Assembly: GCA_002269645.1 (NCBI GenBank)
Contig: NIVC01001665.1
Span: forward strand, 186,001-250,000
Source of the DNA: Macrostomum lignano
Taxonomy: Eukaryota
Length of the DNA stretch: 64,000 nucleotides
Direction: 5' to 3'
Shown: positions 12,301 to 24,978 of the stretch, piece after piece
Layout of the letters: every line of letters begins with the position of its first letter
Numbering within the stretch: position 1 is the stretch's first letter
The notes under the pieces: generated by a model
What the model saw: the letters and a program-made list of their open reading frames with translations, nothing else
Told to the model about the DNA's origin: nothing
The model's database searches: none
Made by a program: the position numbers and the translations under genes

Positions 12301-14096
12301 ATCTGGGAGGCTGGCCCAGCAACTGACACTGGGAGGCTGGCCCAGCAACTGAGGATCTGGGAGGCTGGCCCAGCGACTGAGGATCTGGGAGGCTGGCCCA
12401 GCGACTGAGGATCTGGGAGGCTGGCCCAGCGACTGAGGATCTGGGAGGCTGGCCCAGCAACTGAGGATCTGGGAGGCTGGCCCAGCAACTGAGGATCTGG
12501 GAGGCTGGCCCAGCAACTGAGGATCTGGGAGGCTGACAGCATTGGGAGACGCAGTCAGAAACAAATCGTGCATATCTGGTAGTAAAAAATAAAAAAAGAA
12601 CTTTCTGAAAGCACACGGGTAAAAGTCACTAGTTTGCCATGCACTTTTCGACAAATAATATTTTAACAGCGGATGCACTGCCGAAAAAAACAAATTTTCA
12701 AAAAACTGAAAGCCACACCAAAGCTAAACTGCTGCTGGTCTGAGATGGGCAACTGAGGCGAAAGGATCAATAGAGGCCGAGGCCGAGCAGGTCGACCTTG
12801 ATCAGCATTGTCAGCTGACAGAATCCGATGGAACGGTCTGGGCCGCAGTGCTACAGACGATTGGTCAATCAGCTGATCAGAATTAGTGCTGGCCTTTCTA
12901 CGCATCTTTTGTTGCTGCTGCTGCTGTTGTTGCTGGTGACTCGGCAACAACCGAATACGCGGAGCTGATCGATGTGTTAGCGTGCGTTCACAAAGATATA
13001 TTAATATACCGCGATCATAGTATCACGATAAAGGCGTTTCACAAGCCTCAGATTTTACAATTTTGAAAGTTCACAAACTCGAAAGGTCACAAGTTCGAAA
13101 GTTTACAAACTCGAATGGGTCACAATTTTGAAAGTTCACAAACTCGAATTGGTCACAATTTTGAAAGTTCACAAACTAGAATGTTACAAGTTTTAAAGTT
13201 CACAAACTCGAAAGGTCACAAAGTCGAAGGGTCACAAACTCGAAAGGTCACAAACTCGAAAGGTCACAAACTCGAAAGGTCACAAGTTTTTTTCAAGTTC
13301 ACAAACTCGAATGGGTCACAAGTTGTTCGAAAGTTCACAAACTCGAAAGTTCACAACTTTGACTTTGATGTTTCTGGCTACGTTTGATCAAAGTGATGAA
13401 ATTTTGTCGTATCATATTAACGTATATAATAACAAAACATTTGCCAGTGACATCAACATACAAAAATAAAATCTTGAAAGGAAGTTTTTTTACTGGGAAA
13501 AAACTAAATTAATGAGCTCACCGGATTGCAGGCCTGGTGAAGGCACAGAGTTACTATCGAAGCCTGCTGTGTCAGGGGCTTCAACTGTGTCAGCGGCTGA
13601 AATATTAAAATTTGATTGAAGACAGTGGGTGGAAAGTGGGGGAGAGGGAAGATAAGTGAGGGAGAGGTGAAATAAGTGAGGGAGAGGTGAAATAAGTGAG
13701 GGAGAGGTGAGATAAGTGAGGGAGAGGTGAGGTAAGTGAGGGAGAGGGGAGATGAGTGAGGGAGAGGGGAGATGTGAGGGAGAGGGACATAAGTGAGGCA
13801 GATAAAAGTAGATAAAGCAAGCTCACCTCCAGCATTAGCCGCCTGCTCCTCCAGCAGCTTTGGTTGCTGGCCATTTTTCTTCTTTCGCTTCCATTTCCAT
13901 GGCTTGAGCAGTTTGCCTAAACCGGCCAATTTGTGTCCTCGGTGGACCCCAGCAGTGGCGGACTTGCTGTTGCCGCTTGCACTGCTGCCAGAAGTGGCCA
14001 CAGGGAATGCTCCGTCACACCCATCGCTGCTGCCATTTTCGGCTAGGGCTGCGGCGAGTTCTTGGGCTGATAGGCTGCCTCGAACTGCTGTGGTGC
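3311..14096 (-). CDS. PHACTR: Phosphatase and actin regulator (PHACTR family). Exons: 13827-14096, 12719-12964, 11610-11774, 7648-8168, 3954-4475, 3311-3403
   Basis: N-terminal KLAGLGKLLKPWKWKRKKK motif. RPEL repeats RRLSQRPTPEELQCRNIL and RKLSFRPTIQELREKRII. PP1-binding tail IRFNDYVEV...YDRAVDKPWTRLT and terminal ARIRKELNDFKAYEMPVHEESKRFTRFHKP*. All junctions are GT-AG with consistent phases (1,1,1,0,0). The 12719 donor (GTGTGG) and 11774 acceptor are the least certain. Confidence 0.92.
3476..3868. repeat. 24-bp intronic minisatellite (GGGATCTGGGAGGCTGGTCACCT-type) in the last PHACTR intron
   Basis: Period 24 read directly, about 16 units; fills most of intron 3404-3953. Confidence 0.95.
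4522..7535. repeat. 3-kb 30-bp minisatellite (GGGATCTGGGAGGGGA(G/T)TTGGGTCAAGTT(G/C)) with higher-order structure, in a PHACTR intron
   Basis: Period 30, giving the 10-aa periodic ORFs. About 100 units occupy almost all of intron 4476-7647. Confidence 0.97.
8243..8680. repeat. GAGTACTC-rich tandem array (61-bp units x3, then 20-bp units TATACTACTCCTGAGTACTC); the same family resumes at 11517-11580
   Basis: A 61-bp period is visible at 8281-8460 and a 20-bp period at 8461-8560. Related units flank the other side of the Gypsy element. Confidence 0.9.
8690..11516 (-). mobile_element. Ty3/Gypsy LTR retrotransposon, internally deleted (protease and RT absent) and 3' truncated, in a PHACTR intron
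   Basis: 5' LTR 11303-11516 (TGTGG...TAACA on minus). PBS TGGCGACGAGGAT at 11289-11301 is complementary to a tRNA-Ser(GCU) 3' end. Gag has two CCHC knuckles (CYRCLSSGHWARSC, CSRCNKPGHVEKAC). RNase H: TDAS...YSQIEKEGLAIVF...EHKPL. Integrase: HHCC and D,D,E (LHLDF, SDNGSQF, SNGLAER). A frameshift lies near 11095 in gag. No PPT or 3' LTR was found. Confidence 0.95.
12218..12536. repeat. 28-bp intronic minisatellite CTGAGGATCTGGGAGGCTGGCCCAGC(A/G)A
   Basis: Period 28 read at 12361/12389, about 11 units. Confidence 0.93.
13068..13360. repeat. Degenerate ~16-17-bp minisatellite TCACAAACTCGAA(A/T)GG
   Basis: Repeated motif read directly in PHACTR intron 12965-13826. Confidence 0.85.
13645..13800. 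repeat. 20-bp purine-rich minisatellite (A/G)ATAAGTGAGGGAGAGGTGA
   Basis: About 7 units immediately inside the intron next to exon 13827-14096. Confidence 0.9.
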
Positions 14097-14416
14097 CTGG
14101 TTGATTATAATATTGTTTAATATTGCTGCACAGAATGATGCATTGGTCATATTGGTATAAATTCGTAACCTTGTTTATTGACTTTAATAACAATAATTTT
14201 ATTATAGCCAAAAACTCTATTCTAGAATCAAAATAAGCTAGACTGATTTATACAAATTTTAGTAATTAATATTTTCAATTCCTGTGGCTTACAGAGATGG
14301 AAAAAGAGAAGGAAGGGAGAAGGAAGTTATATCAAGTAATTATAACCAAGTATTAGAAAATAGACCTTGAATAGTTTTAGGCCAAAAATATGGCCCATTT
14401 TTATCTATATATATAT

Positions 14417-14565
14417 AAACAAACTAAGTAAGTCATTTAAAAAGTTACTTTGAATTGTTTGTTTTTTAATATATATATTTTTCACAGGGAAAAATATATA
14501 TATAAATATATATTAAAAAACAAACAATTCAAAGTAACTTTTTAAATGACTTACTTAGTTTGTTT
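14417..14565. repeat. Perfect 60-bp inverted repeat (AT-rich foldback)
   Basis: 14417-14476 is the exact reverse complement of 14506-14565. The spacer contains a further TATATTTTTC/GAAAAATATA stem. Confidence 0.95.
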
Positions 14566-15603
14566 CTCAGTTATTGTAGTAAAAAATTGTCAAAACAATG
14601 TGTTATTGAAATCAATTATTATCAAAATTATCTACATCCCTTGGCCTTGAATTGAGTTCTATTTTAGTTAGACTTAGACTTACAGTATAATAAAAAATCA
14701 TAATATTAATTAGTAATAATATAGACTATTAAAATCAACATGTCTATACAGTTTGCTAGCAGGAAATCTACTAGCTGAAGCTTGCTAGCAAGGATTTTGT
14801 TAGCTGAAATCTGCTAGCAGGAATCTAATCAAAACCAGTGAGCAGCAATTTGGTTAGCCAAACTTAATATAATACAATTCTAAATTACAAGAATTTGAAT
14901 GCACTTCATATACAAAATGTGTTTGTTAAAAACACATTAAAATGTGGCTGCTTTGGTCAAGATAAACCTATTTTCTTTTTTGAAGTATTTAGGTAAAGGC
15001 TGATCAGACTAAAATTATAAGCAGGCCCAACAAAACAATCAAAATTTTTTTCAAAACAGGTAGTTTAGGTAGTTAAGTTTTAACATACTTATATATAACT
15101 CTTAGTCTAAATAGCTAGCAGTAGCAGTATGAGCTATTTACTTGTATGAATCAAGGTGGCTCAAATTAGAATCAAAACATACAATAAATAAAAAGAGCAA
15201 GGCAGCAAGTTTGGCTAGCAAATTCCTAGCTACTAGCATATTTTGGTTAGCTAGCTTCCTACTACCAAATATTGGCTAGCCATATATATTGTCATATTCA
15301 AAATTGTCATATGATAATGACAACTTGACCAAATCCATAAGACTAACATTTAAATATGACAACCTTGAGTCTTGACTACAGGGCAAGGCAGGGAATTAGA
15401 TTAGGAAAAAATATATCAGTCAATTAAGAAAATAATAAAAACTAATAATGGTAACCTCAACACAAAAAAATAAGTCAAATTCTTAGAAATGGAATCCAAT
15501 TCAATAAAATAGTGTATTTTTCAGAACCTTAAAATAAATTTACATACATACAAGTAATTCATATTATTGCAAAGGAATATTATCCAAAATAAAATTTCTG
15601 ATA

Positions 15604-16984
15604 CAGAATACACCAGAATGCTCAATCAAGCTCCTTGTGAAAAATTTTTGAGGCAAAAACTATTCACTAGCTATGCTACTTCTAAGGTGAAGTGATTTGT
15701 GAGTAGTGCTGGCTTTTTTTCATCAACCGAGTGTTGAGATTGATTTTGCCATAGACGATGTTTTTCGCTTGTCTTTCCATCTATCTATCCTATCTATTTG
15801 ATGCCTAGTGTATAATAACTCAGCTTAGTTACCTGCATTCCTTAGATTTATACCCTTTTTGGCCACTTCAAATAAATTGATGGTCCAAGATGCAAAGAAT
15901 GGGCGCGCCGACTCTATAGAGCCAACCTGAGGTTTGTTTTCATAAGTTTCCAATCAAGAGTCCTGAAAGGTACATGATATCAGTATTATGATATCTTACG
16001 AGTATTTATTGTAGTCCCTTTTGACAGGTATGCCATAATAACTGTTTCATACAGATGCAAAGAATGGGCATGCCAACTCTACAGAGCCAACCTGCTTGGC
16101 AAAGCCAACGAGCACAAGTGGGCATGTGCCGTTGTGTGCAGCCTCCACTTCACTGATGAAATATACAGTTGCCCAAGACTTTGCCAAGAGCTAAGCACAC
16201 AACTACAGCCCCAGATGCCACCAATACTTGCGTAGCATTGGCTTACAGCTTCCATCAAGAATGACGATTAGACGAAAAATTGGAACTTGCATGCACCAGC
16301 CTGGAATTTGCCCAATAATTGAGGCAAATGCTGCTACTGCCGTTTAGTCAATGACAATCTGTAGATGGCGGTCTGTATGTACCAAGTGAAGCGTCTTGAA
16401 AGCAGTGTAAAAGATGGAGATAGTTTTTTTACCAGATTTGCAATGTGCAGGACTCGATTAGAATATGGAAGGGAATCAATATCAGTGCCCAAGTCCAGCC
16501 TGCAGCACAAGCAGCTGGTGCAACTGAGCTACATCTACACAACAATGAGTAGACAAATGAATGGCTTTCATCTCTCTCATCTAAGAAGTTTGCTGACTTT
16601 GAGCTGCCAGGAAGCGCAGAGCTCACAGTATGAGTATAGCTTTAGCAGAACAACAAAAGCTGCAATGCCTGTTATCTGCTCAAGTATAGGTTGCCTATTG
16701 TTTGAGGCTTAAACTGCTGCTCATACTGCTGTTTTTAAACTGTTTTAGCTTGCGTTGAATGTTCATAGTTAATATCTACATTTTCATGTCGCTACAGCTG
16801 CAAATATACAATCGTGACCTTCTGTCCATAAAAATGTTTACCCTCAAATGGACGTATAAAATAGTTACTACTTATCAAAGTTCAGTACTACTTATCTTTT
16901 CTTCACCTCAGGAGTAGTGTCTATGGTTTTTTGTTTATTTTGGCTTTTGATTTGGAAGCTGATTGAGCATTCTGGTGTATTCTG
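15604..16984 (+). mobile_element. Putative non-autonomous DNA transposon with a THAP-domain remnant (second copy 20295-21674)
   Basis: 25-bp perfect inverted repeats CAGAATACACCAGAATGCTCAATCA at 15604-15628 and 16960-16984. Internal frame from ~16053 reads RCKEWACQLYRANLL...VCSLHFTDEIY (THAP W...CSxHF signature). No TSD seen. Confidence 0.5.
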
Positions 16985-17585
16985 AGGTTCCTAGTTGTAT
17001 GTAAGTTAACCTTGATTATTCAGTTAATAAACTATTAATTTTACAAAGAACAGGCTTCATATTCTCTATGCAGATAGTATAAATTTAAATTAGGCCTAAA
17101 GTTGCAAATTGTTTTGATGGTAATGGTAAACAAAAACATGTTGCTACTATGACTGAGTTGAGATCCTTAGGCCTATATAGCCAATATAATACAATATAAC
17201 AATTTAGTAAATGTAGCATTGTCCAATACTGGGACAATGGCAATTTAGGTAATTTAATTGTTTTTCTTGTAAACCATATGACAATCTCAAATCTGACAAT
17301 TTTAGCTAGAATGGAACCCTTGAGCTACCCTTGCCTTACCCTTACTTCCCTCACTTTGCTCTGCCCTAGGCTAAATTTGCTTTGAATTTTCAATGAAAAA
17401 GCCAACTTTCTGAGCATGGCAATAAGTTTTTAACTTATATAGGCCCCTAACTTTTAATTTTAATCACAAAGTCATGAATTTTTTTAAAATAGCCAATTTA
17501 TATGACTAGGCCTAGGGACCTATGGCTATGGGTATAAATATTAGTATAAAAAAGAAATAGAGCTTATAAATGCAATTATATTTAC

Positions 17586-17805
17586 CTGTTTGTTCTATTA
17601 ACCCTAGACTGTTAACACAATTGCTGCATGTATGATCACAATTGGCATGGCTACATGGTACAATCTTATCAACAATACTTAAGGGTAGTTTTAAAGCATC
17701 TGTTGGTTCTTCCTCAACATTTTTTAAATTTGAAGCATTATTTTCTGCAGCTCCACTGTGAATGCCATTTAATCCTTGAGTTGGAACACTAGTACTCCTT
17801 TGCAT
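17586..17805 (-). CDS. Candidate first coding exon of PHACTR (MQRSTSVPTQ...LIEQT)
   Basis: ATG at 17803-17805, 73 codons plus 1 nt, then donor G|GTAAAT. Phase 1 matches the acceptor at 14096. The exon is AT-rich, unlike the other exons, and I recognise no homology. Confidence 0.4.
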
Positions 17806-20800
17806 TGCAATAGCATAATATATGAATATTATATTTTTGTAAGGTATGTCAAACGAATTTATTAACTCAAATGTTTCAGTTAAAAAAACAGCACTTCAAA
17901 TAGTTGGATTGGATTTGGAACAACGAAGATTATGGCTTGAATTTATACCATACAATTTTACTATGTAATTAAGGTCACGAAACTTGACAACAGTAGCGCC
18001 TACAAGTAGTTTTAACTGTAGTCCAATTTGTGAGCCTTTAACTGCTTTATCGGTTTATCCTTCGGTTTTCACTACGATTTCTTTTAGATTTCTATGAAAG
18101 AGATCTTCCGTATATGTTTATGAGTTAATAATAGTTATTAAAACCAAATTAGAAATAAGTAAAAAAATAATGTATTAAACAAGTAAAAATTAATTTTTAT
18201 TCGTTTTAATTTTGAAACACTAGATAACAACCATATATTTAAAGCATAAAAATGTAATAGATTTTTGTTTTAAATGAGAAAAGTAATTAACGAATATATT
18301 CTGTATTTGGATATTTCACAAATCCTTTTTTGTAAGGATTATCGAGTTGTGCACGTGAAACTTCGATTTTAAACTCAAAATCACTTAAGAATCGCAAAGC
18401 TAATGCAAATGAAAACCAAAATGCAATGCAAATGAAAATTTACGAAGCAACCATTGTGCATTTTTACATGTACATCATATAACTGATGGTTTCGTTTCCT
18501 TACATGATTTCGTTTGTACTGTACATTCCATAAGTAAAGAGGCGGCAGACTTTAAAAAAGACAGAAGTGGGGAGCTACAAGTAGTTAGATTCCAGTCACT
18601 CGAGAGCGATAATTAATGTCCTTAATGCGCACTTACATCATGCAACTTGTTATTTTCAGTACAAAAAGCAGTCATGTGACAATATAAATTCTGCTTTTCT
18701 AAAAACAGCATAGAGCGAGAAGTTCCACTTTAACTGAGCACACCTTAGCTAAGTCTAGCTTTTTCTAATGTGCGCAACTAACCAATTTAATATAACTATA
18801 TGAAATATGAATTTCAGCCGTATGACTGGCATATTTTTATTTTTTGACGAAAAAAGTAGTTAAATCACATTGTCACCGTCTAATCGGCCACAACTCGATG
18901 CTTTTTCGTGCTCGTGCAATTAATTCTGTTTGTACCCTCGGTTAGCTGCACTGAAACGAAAACATGTATTTTTGAGACCATGCAGCTTTATTTCAAGGAC
19001 CACTGTACGAGGGGCACTGCAAAAGTTCTTAGCTACATCTAAACAGAAGCAGCTATGAAGCTGAAATTTTCACAGCTTCTCAAGTATTTCTCCACCAGCC
19101 TGGATGCAGCGCCTCATCCTCTGAAACCAGGTGACGAANNNNNNTGTTTGTTTTTTTAATATATATATTTTTCACAGGGAAAAATATATATATAAATATA
19201 TATTAAAAAACAAACAATTCAAAGTAACTTTTTAAATGACTTACTTAGTTTGTTTCTCAGTTATTGTAGTAAAAAATTGTCAAAACAATGTGTTATTGAA
19301 ATCAATTATTATCAAAATTATCTACATCCCTTGGCCTTGAATTGAGTTCTATTTTAGTTAGACTTAGACTTACAGTATAATAAAAAAATCATAATATTAA
19401 TTAGTAATAATATAGACTATTAAAATCAACATGTCTATACAGTTTGCTAGCAGGAAATCTACTAGCTGAAGCTTGCTAGCAAGGATTTTGTTAGCTGAAA
19501 TCTGCTAGCAGGAATCTAATCAAAACCAGTGAGCAGCAATTTGGTTAGCCAAACTTAATATAATACAATTCTAAATTACAAGAATTTGAATGCACTTCAT
19601 ATACAAAATGTGTTTGTTAAAAACACGTTAAAATGTGGCTGCTTTGGTCAAGATAAACCTATTTTCTTTTTTGAAGTATTTAGGAAAAGGCTGATCAGAC
19701 TAAAATTATAAGCAGGCCCAACAAAACAATCAAAATTTTTTTTCAAAACAGGTAGTTTAGGTAGTTAAGTTTTAAATACTTATATATAACTCTTAGTCTA
19801 AATAGCTAGCAGTAGCAGTATGAGCTATTTACTTGTATGAATCAAGGTGGCTCAAATTAGAATCAAAACATACAATAAATAAAAAGAGCAAGGCAGCAAG
19901 TTTGGCTAGCAAATTCCTAGCTACTAGCATATTTTGGTTAGCTAGCTTCCTACTACCAAATATTGGCTAGCCATATATATTGTCATATTCAAAATTGTCA
20001 TATGATAATGACAACTTGACCAAATCCATAAGACTAACATTTAAATATGACAACCTTGAGTCTTGACTACAGGGCAAGGCAGGGAATTAGATTAGGAAAA
20101 AATAGATCAGTCAATTAAGAAAATAATAAAAACTAATAATGGTAACCTCAACACAAAAAAATAAGTCAAATTTTTAGAAATGGAATACAATTCAATAAAA
20201 TAGTGTATTTTTCAGAACCTTAAAATAAATTTACATACATACAAGTAATTCATATTATTGCAAAGGAATATTATCCAAAATAAAATTTCTGATACAGAAT
20301 ACACCAGAATGCTCAATCAAGCTCCTTGTGAAAAATTTTTGAGGCAAAAACTATTCACTAGCTATGCTACTTCTAAGGTGAAGTGATTTGTGAGTAGTGC
20401 TGGCTTTTTTTCATCAACCAGTGTTGAGATTGATTTTGCCATAGACGATGTTTTTCGCTTGTCTTTCCATCTATCTATCCTATCTATTTGATGCCTAGTG
20501 TATAATAACTCAGCTTAGTTACCTGCATTCCTTAGATTTATACCCTTTTTGGCCACTTCAAATAAATTGATGTCCAAGATGCGAAGAATGGGCGCGCCGA
20601 CTCTATAGAGCCAACCTGAGGTTTGTTTTCATAAGTTTCCAATCAAGAGTCCTGAAAGGTACATGATATCAGTATTATGATATCTTACGAGTATTTATTG
20701 TAGTCCCTTTTGACAGGTATGCCATAATAACTGTTTCATACAGATGCAAAGAATGGGCATGCCAACTCTACAGAGCCAACCTGCTTGGCAAAGCCAACGA

Positions 20801-22275
20801 GCACAAGTGGGCATGTGCCGTTGTGTGCAGCCTCCACTTCACTGATGAAATATACAGTTGCCCAAGACTTTGCCAAGAGCTAAGCACACAACTACAGCCC
20901 CAGATGCCACCAATACTTGCGTAGCATTGGCTTACAGCTTCCATCAAGAATGACGATTAGACGAAAAATTGGAACTTGCATGGCACAGCCTGGAATTTGC
21001 CCAATAATTGAGGCAAATGCTGCTACTGCCGTTTAGTCAATGACAATCTGTAGATGGCGGTCTGTATGTACCAAGTGAAGCAGTCTTGAAAGCAGTGTAA
21101 AAGATGGAGATAGTTTTTTTACCAGATTTGCAATGTGCAGGACTCGATTAGAATATGGAAGGGAATCGATATCAGTGCCCAAGTCCAGCCTGCAGCACAA
21201 GCAGCTGGTGCAACTGAGCTACATCTACACAACAGTGAGTAGACAAATGAATGGCTTTCATCTCTCTCATCTAAGAAGTTTGCTGACTTTGAGCTGCCAG
21301 GAAGCGCAGAGCTCACAGTATGAGTATAGCTTTAGCAGAACAACAAAAGCTGCAATGCCTGTTATCTGCTCAAGTATAGGTTGCCTGTTGTTTGAGGCTT
21401 AAACTGCTGCTCATACTGCTGTTTTTAAACTGTTTTAGCTTGCGTTGAATGTTCATAGTTAATATCTACATTTTCATGTCGCTACAGCTGCAAATATACA
21501 ATCGTGACCTTCTGTCCATAAAAATGTTTACCCTCAAATGGACGTATAAAATAGTTACTACTTATCAAAGTTCAGTACTACTTATCTTTTCTTCACCTCA
21601 GGAGTAGTGTCTATGGTTTTTTGTTTATTTTGGCTTTTGATTTGGAAGCTGATTGAGCATTCTGGTGTATTCTGAGGTTCCTAGTTGTATATAAGTTAAC
21701 CTTGATTATTCAGTTAATAAACTATTAATTTTACAAAGAACAGGCTTCATATTCTCTATGCAGATAGTATAAATTTAAATTAGGCCTAAAGTTGCAAATT
21801 GTTTTGATGGTAATGGTAAACAAAAACATGTTGCTACTATGACTGAGTTGAGATCCTTAGGCCTATATAGCCAATATAATACAATATAACAATTTAGTAA
21901 ATGTAGCATTGTCCAATACTGGGACAATGGCAATTTAGGTAATTTAATTGTTTTTCTTGTAAACCATATGACAATCTCAAATCTGACAATTTTAGCTAGA
22001 ATGGAACCCTTGAGCTACCCTTGCCTTACCCTTACTTCCCTCACTTTGCTCTGCCCCAGGCTAAATTTGCTTTGAATTTTCAATGAAAAAGCCAACTTTC
22101 TGAGCATGGCAATAAGTTTTTAACTTATATAAGCCCCTAACTTTTAATTTTAATCACAAAGTCATGAATTTTTTTAAAATAGCCAATTTATATGACTAGG
22201 CCTAGGGACCTATGGCTATGGGTATAAATATTAGTATAAAAAAGAAATAGAGCTTATAAATGCAATTATATTTAC

Positions 22276-22495
22276 CTGTTTGTTCTATTAACCCTAGACT
22301 GTTAACACAATTGCTGCATGTATGATCACAATTGGCATGGCTACATGGTACAATCTTATCAACAATACTTAAGGGTAGTTTTAAAGCATCTGTTGGTTCT
22401 TCCTCAACATTTTTTAAATTTGAAGCATTATTTTCTGCAGCTCCACTGTGAATGCCATTTAATCCTTGAGTTGGAACACTAGTACTCCTTTGCAT
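22276..22495 (-). CDS. Duplicate copy of the candidate PHACTR first exon
   Basis: Same sequence as 17586-17805, in the second copy of the duplication. Confidence 0.3.
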
Positions 22496-23696
22496 TGCAA
22501 TAGCATAATATATGAATATTATATTTTTGTAAGGTATGTCAAACGAATTTATTAACTCAAATGTTTCAGTAAAAAGACAGCACTTCAAATAGTTGGATTG
22601 GATTTGGAACAACGAAGATTATGGCTTGAATTTATACCATACAATTTTACTATGTAATTAAGGTCACGAAACTTGACAACAGTAGCGCCTACAAGTAGTT
22701 TTAACTGTAGTCCAATTTGTGAGCCTTTAACTGCTTTATCGGTTTATCCTTCGGTTTTCACTACGATTTCTTTTAGATTTCTATGAAAGAGATCTTCCGT
22801 ATATGTTTATGAGTCATTAATAGTTATTAAAACCAAATTAGAAATAAGTAAAAAAATAATGTATTAAACAAGTAAAAAGTTAATTTTTATTCGTTTTAAT
22901 TTTGAAACACTAGATAACAACCATATATTTAAAGCATAAAAATGTAATAGATTTTTGTTTTAAATGAGAAAAGTAATTAACGAATATATTCTGTATTTGG
23001 ATATTTCACAAATCCTTTTTTGTAAGGATTATCGAGTTGTGCACGTGAAACTTCGATTTTAAACTCAAAATCACTTAAGAATCGCAAAGCTAATGCAAAT
23101 GAAAACCAAAATGCAATGCAAATGAAAATTTACGAAGCAACCATTGTGCATTTTTACATGTACATCATATAACTGATGGTTTCGTTTCCTTACATGATTT
23201 CGTTTGTACTGTACATTCCATAAGTAAAGAGGCGGCAGACTTTAAAAAAGACAGAAGTGGGGAGCTACAAGTAGTTAGATTCCAGTCACTCGAGAGCGAT
23301 AATTAATGTCCTTAATGCGCACTTACATCATGCAACTTGTTATTTTCAGTACAAAAAGCAGTCATGTGACAATATAAATTCTGCTTTTCTAAAACAGCAT
23401 AGAGCGAGAAGTTCCACTTTAACTGAGCACACCTTAGCTAAGTCTAGCTTTTTCTAATGTGCGCAACTAACCAATTTAATATAACTATATGAAATATGAA
23501 TTTCAGCCGTATGACTGGCATATTTTTATTTTTTGACGAAAAAAGTAGTTAAATCACATTGTCACCGTCTAATCGGCCACAACTCGATGCTTTTTCGTGC
23601 TCGTGCAATTAATTCTGTTTGTACCCTCGGTTAGCTGCACTGAAACGAAAACATGTATTTTTGAGACCATGCAGCTTTATTTCAAGGACCACTGTA

Positions 23697-24978
23697 CGAG
23701 GGGCACTGCAAAAGTTCTTAGCTACATCTAAACAGAAGCAGCTATGAAGCTGAAATTTTCACAGCTTCTCAAAGTATTCTCCACCAGCCTGGATGCAGCG
23801 CCTCATCCTCTGAAACCAGGTGACGAAGCAGCTAGTGGTGCCACTCGGAAGTCGACATCCCTTCACCATCTCGTCGAATGCATCAACAGCCTCCTCTGCA
23901 GTCGAACATCGCCGCGGCCACGCAGGGAGTCCTTGACTTTAGGGAATTATGAAAAAGTCACAAGGTGCCATGCAGATTAGGCGAGTATGGCGGGTGACTG
24001 GTCAGCTGCAGTCTCTGAGACTGCAGGAACGGCCTTGTTGCCTGAGCCGTGTGAGCGCTCGCTTTGTCCTGAGGCCTCGGACATCGGTCTTTGGTCGCGT
24101 CCTGCTCAGGCTGTGGATAACCTGCGGCGACCAGACACCGGTATACCAGGCCGCAGTCACCGTGCGCTGGTCCAGCAGCCGCACAGTCGCCGCGTGAAGT
24201 TGCGACCATCTGCTTGCCGGTGCTCCTGCCTTGCACGACTTCGTTAGCGGCACCTCGTCTGGAAACGCCCGCACCTACGACTGGCACTTGCACTTTGGCT
24301 CGTAGCAGTATACTTAAGTCTCGTCGCATGTCACGATGTCAGTGACCGCTTTCGACGCTGCATCGCTGTACTTTTGTAGCATCTGGCGGCACCAATCGAC
24401 CCTGGCCTGTTTCTGCTTAGGCTGCGCCAGGTGGGGCACCCAGCGACTGGTCAGCTTGCGCAAGCCGATGTGGTCGTGAAGGATTTTAGCGATTGCCGGC
24501 GAATGGATGCCTCGATCTCCTTGTAGTTTATCCGCCTGACAGCTTCAACCAGCTGGCGGACACGAGCCACTGTTTCTGGTGTCGTGGCAGTTGAAGGTCG
24601 GCCTGTACGCTCCTCATTTTCCAACGAGTCTCGGCCACAACGAAACTCGCGGAACCAGTTGCTGACCGTTGCACGCGATGGAGCAGCTTCTGCGAAAGCC
24701 ACTACTGACAGCCTTTCGTGGCATTGGTGGCAATCAAGGCCGCTGCGATCGTCATAAAAAATCATAGCACAAAAGTGCTCGCGATTCAGTTTCATGAGCT
24801 CCTCCGGAAAGTGGGCAGAGGTGTTGAAGTTATCTGGCTCTAGCGGCTGAATTCTGCAAGATATTTGCGTGAAGTTTTATCCATCATAGTCATTTGTATT
24901 GTCCTGTAAGCCTGTGAAAAATGAAGCTGATAGGACGAATAGCTGAGGTGTGGCTAAAAACTGTTGCAGTGCCCCTCG
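23697..24978 (-). mobile_element. Full-length degenerate mariner (Tc1/mariner) transposon, 1282 bp
   Basis: TIRs CGAGGGGCACTGCAA..GTT.TTAGC at both ends with TA duplications (23695-23696, 24979-24980). Frameshifted transposase with N-terminal MKLNREHFCAMIFYD...APSRATVSNWFREFRCGR, RWVPHL, QDKASAHT and HPPYSPNL motifs. A partial left end is also present at ~19008-19138. Confidence 0.93.

Larger units (their letters stand above)
14456..23827. repeat. Near-identical ~4.7-kb direct duplication (14456-19138 vs ~19145-23827) separated by a short N gap
   Basis: The two copies are colinear with only scattered single-base differences by eye. Copy 1 ends at the Ns inside the mariner left end. Confidence 0.95.

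Noticed and set aside
16365-16712. 115-aa ORF (and its copy at 21133-21402) as a gene
   Set aside because: The two copies differ by a frameshifting indel upstream, and it lies inside a decayed element without splice support.
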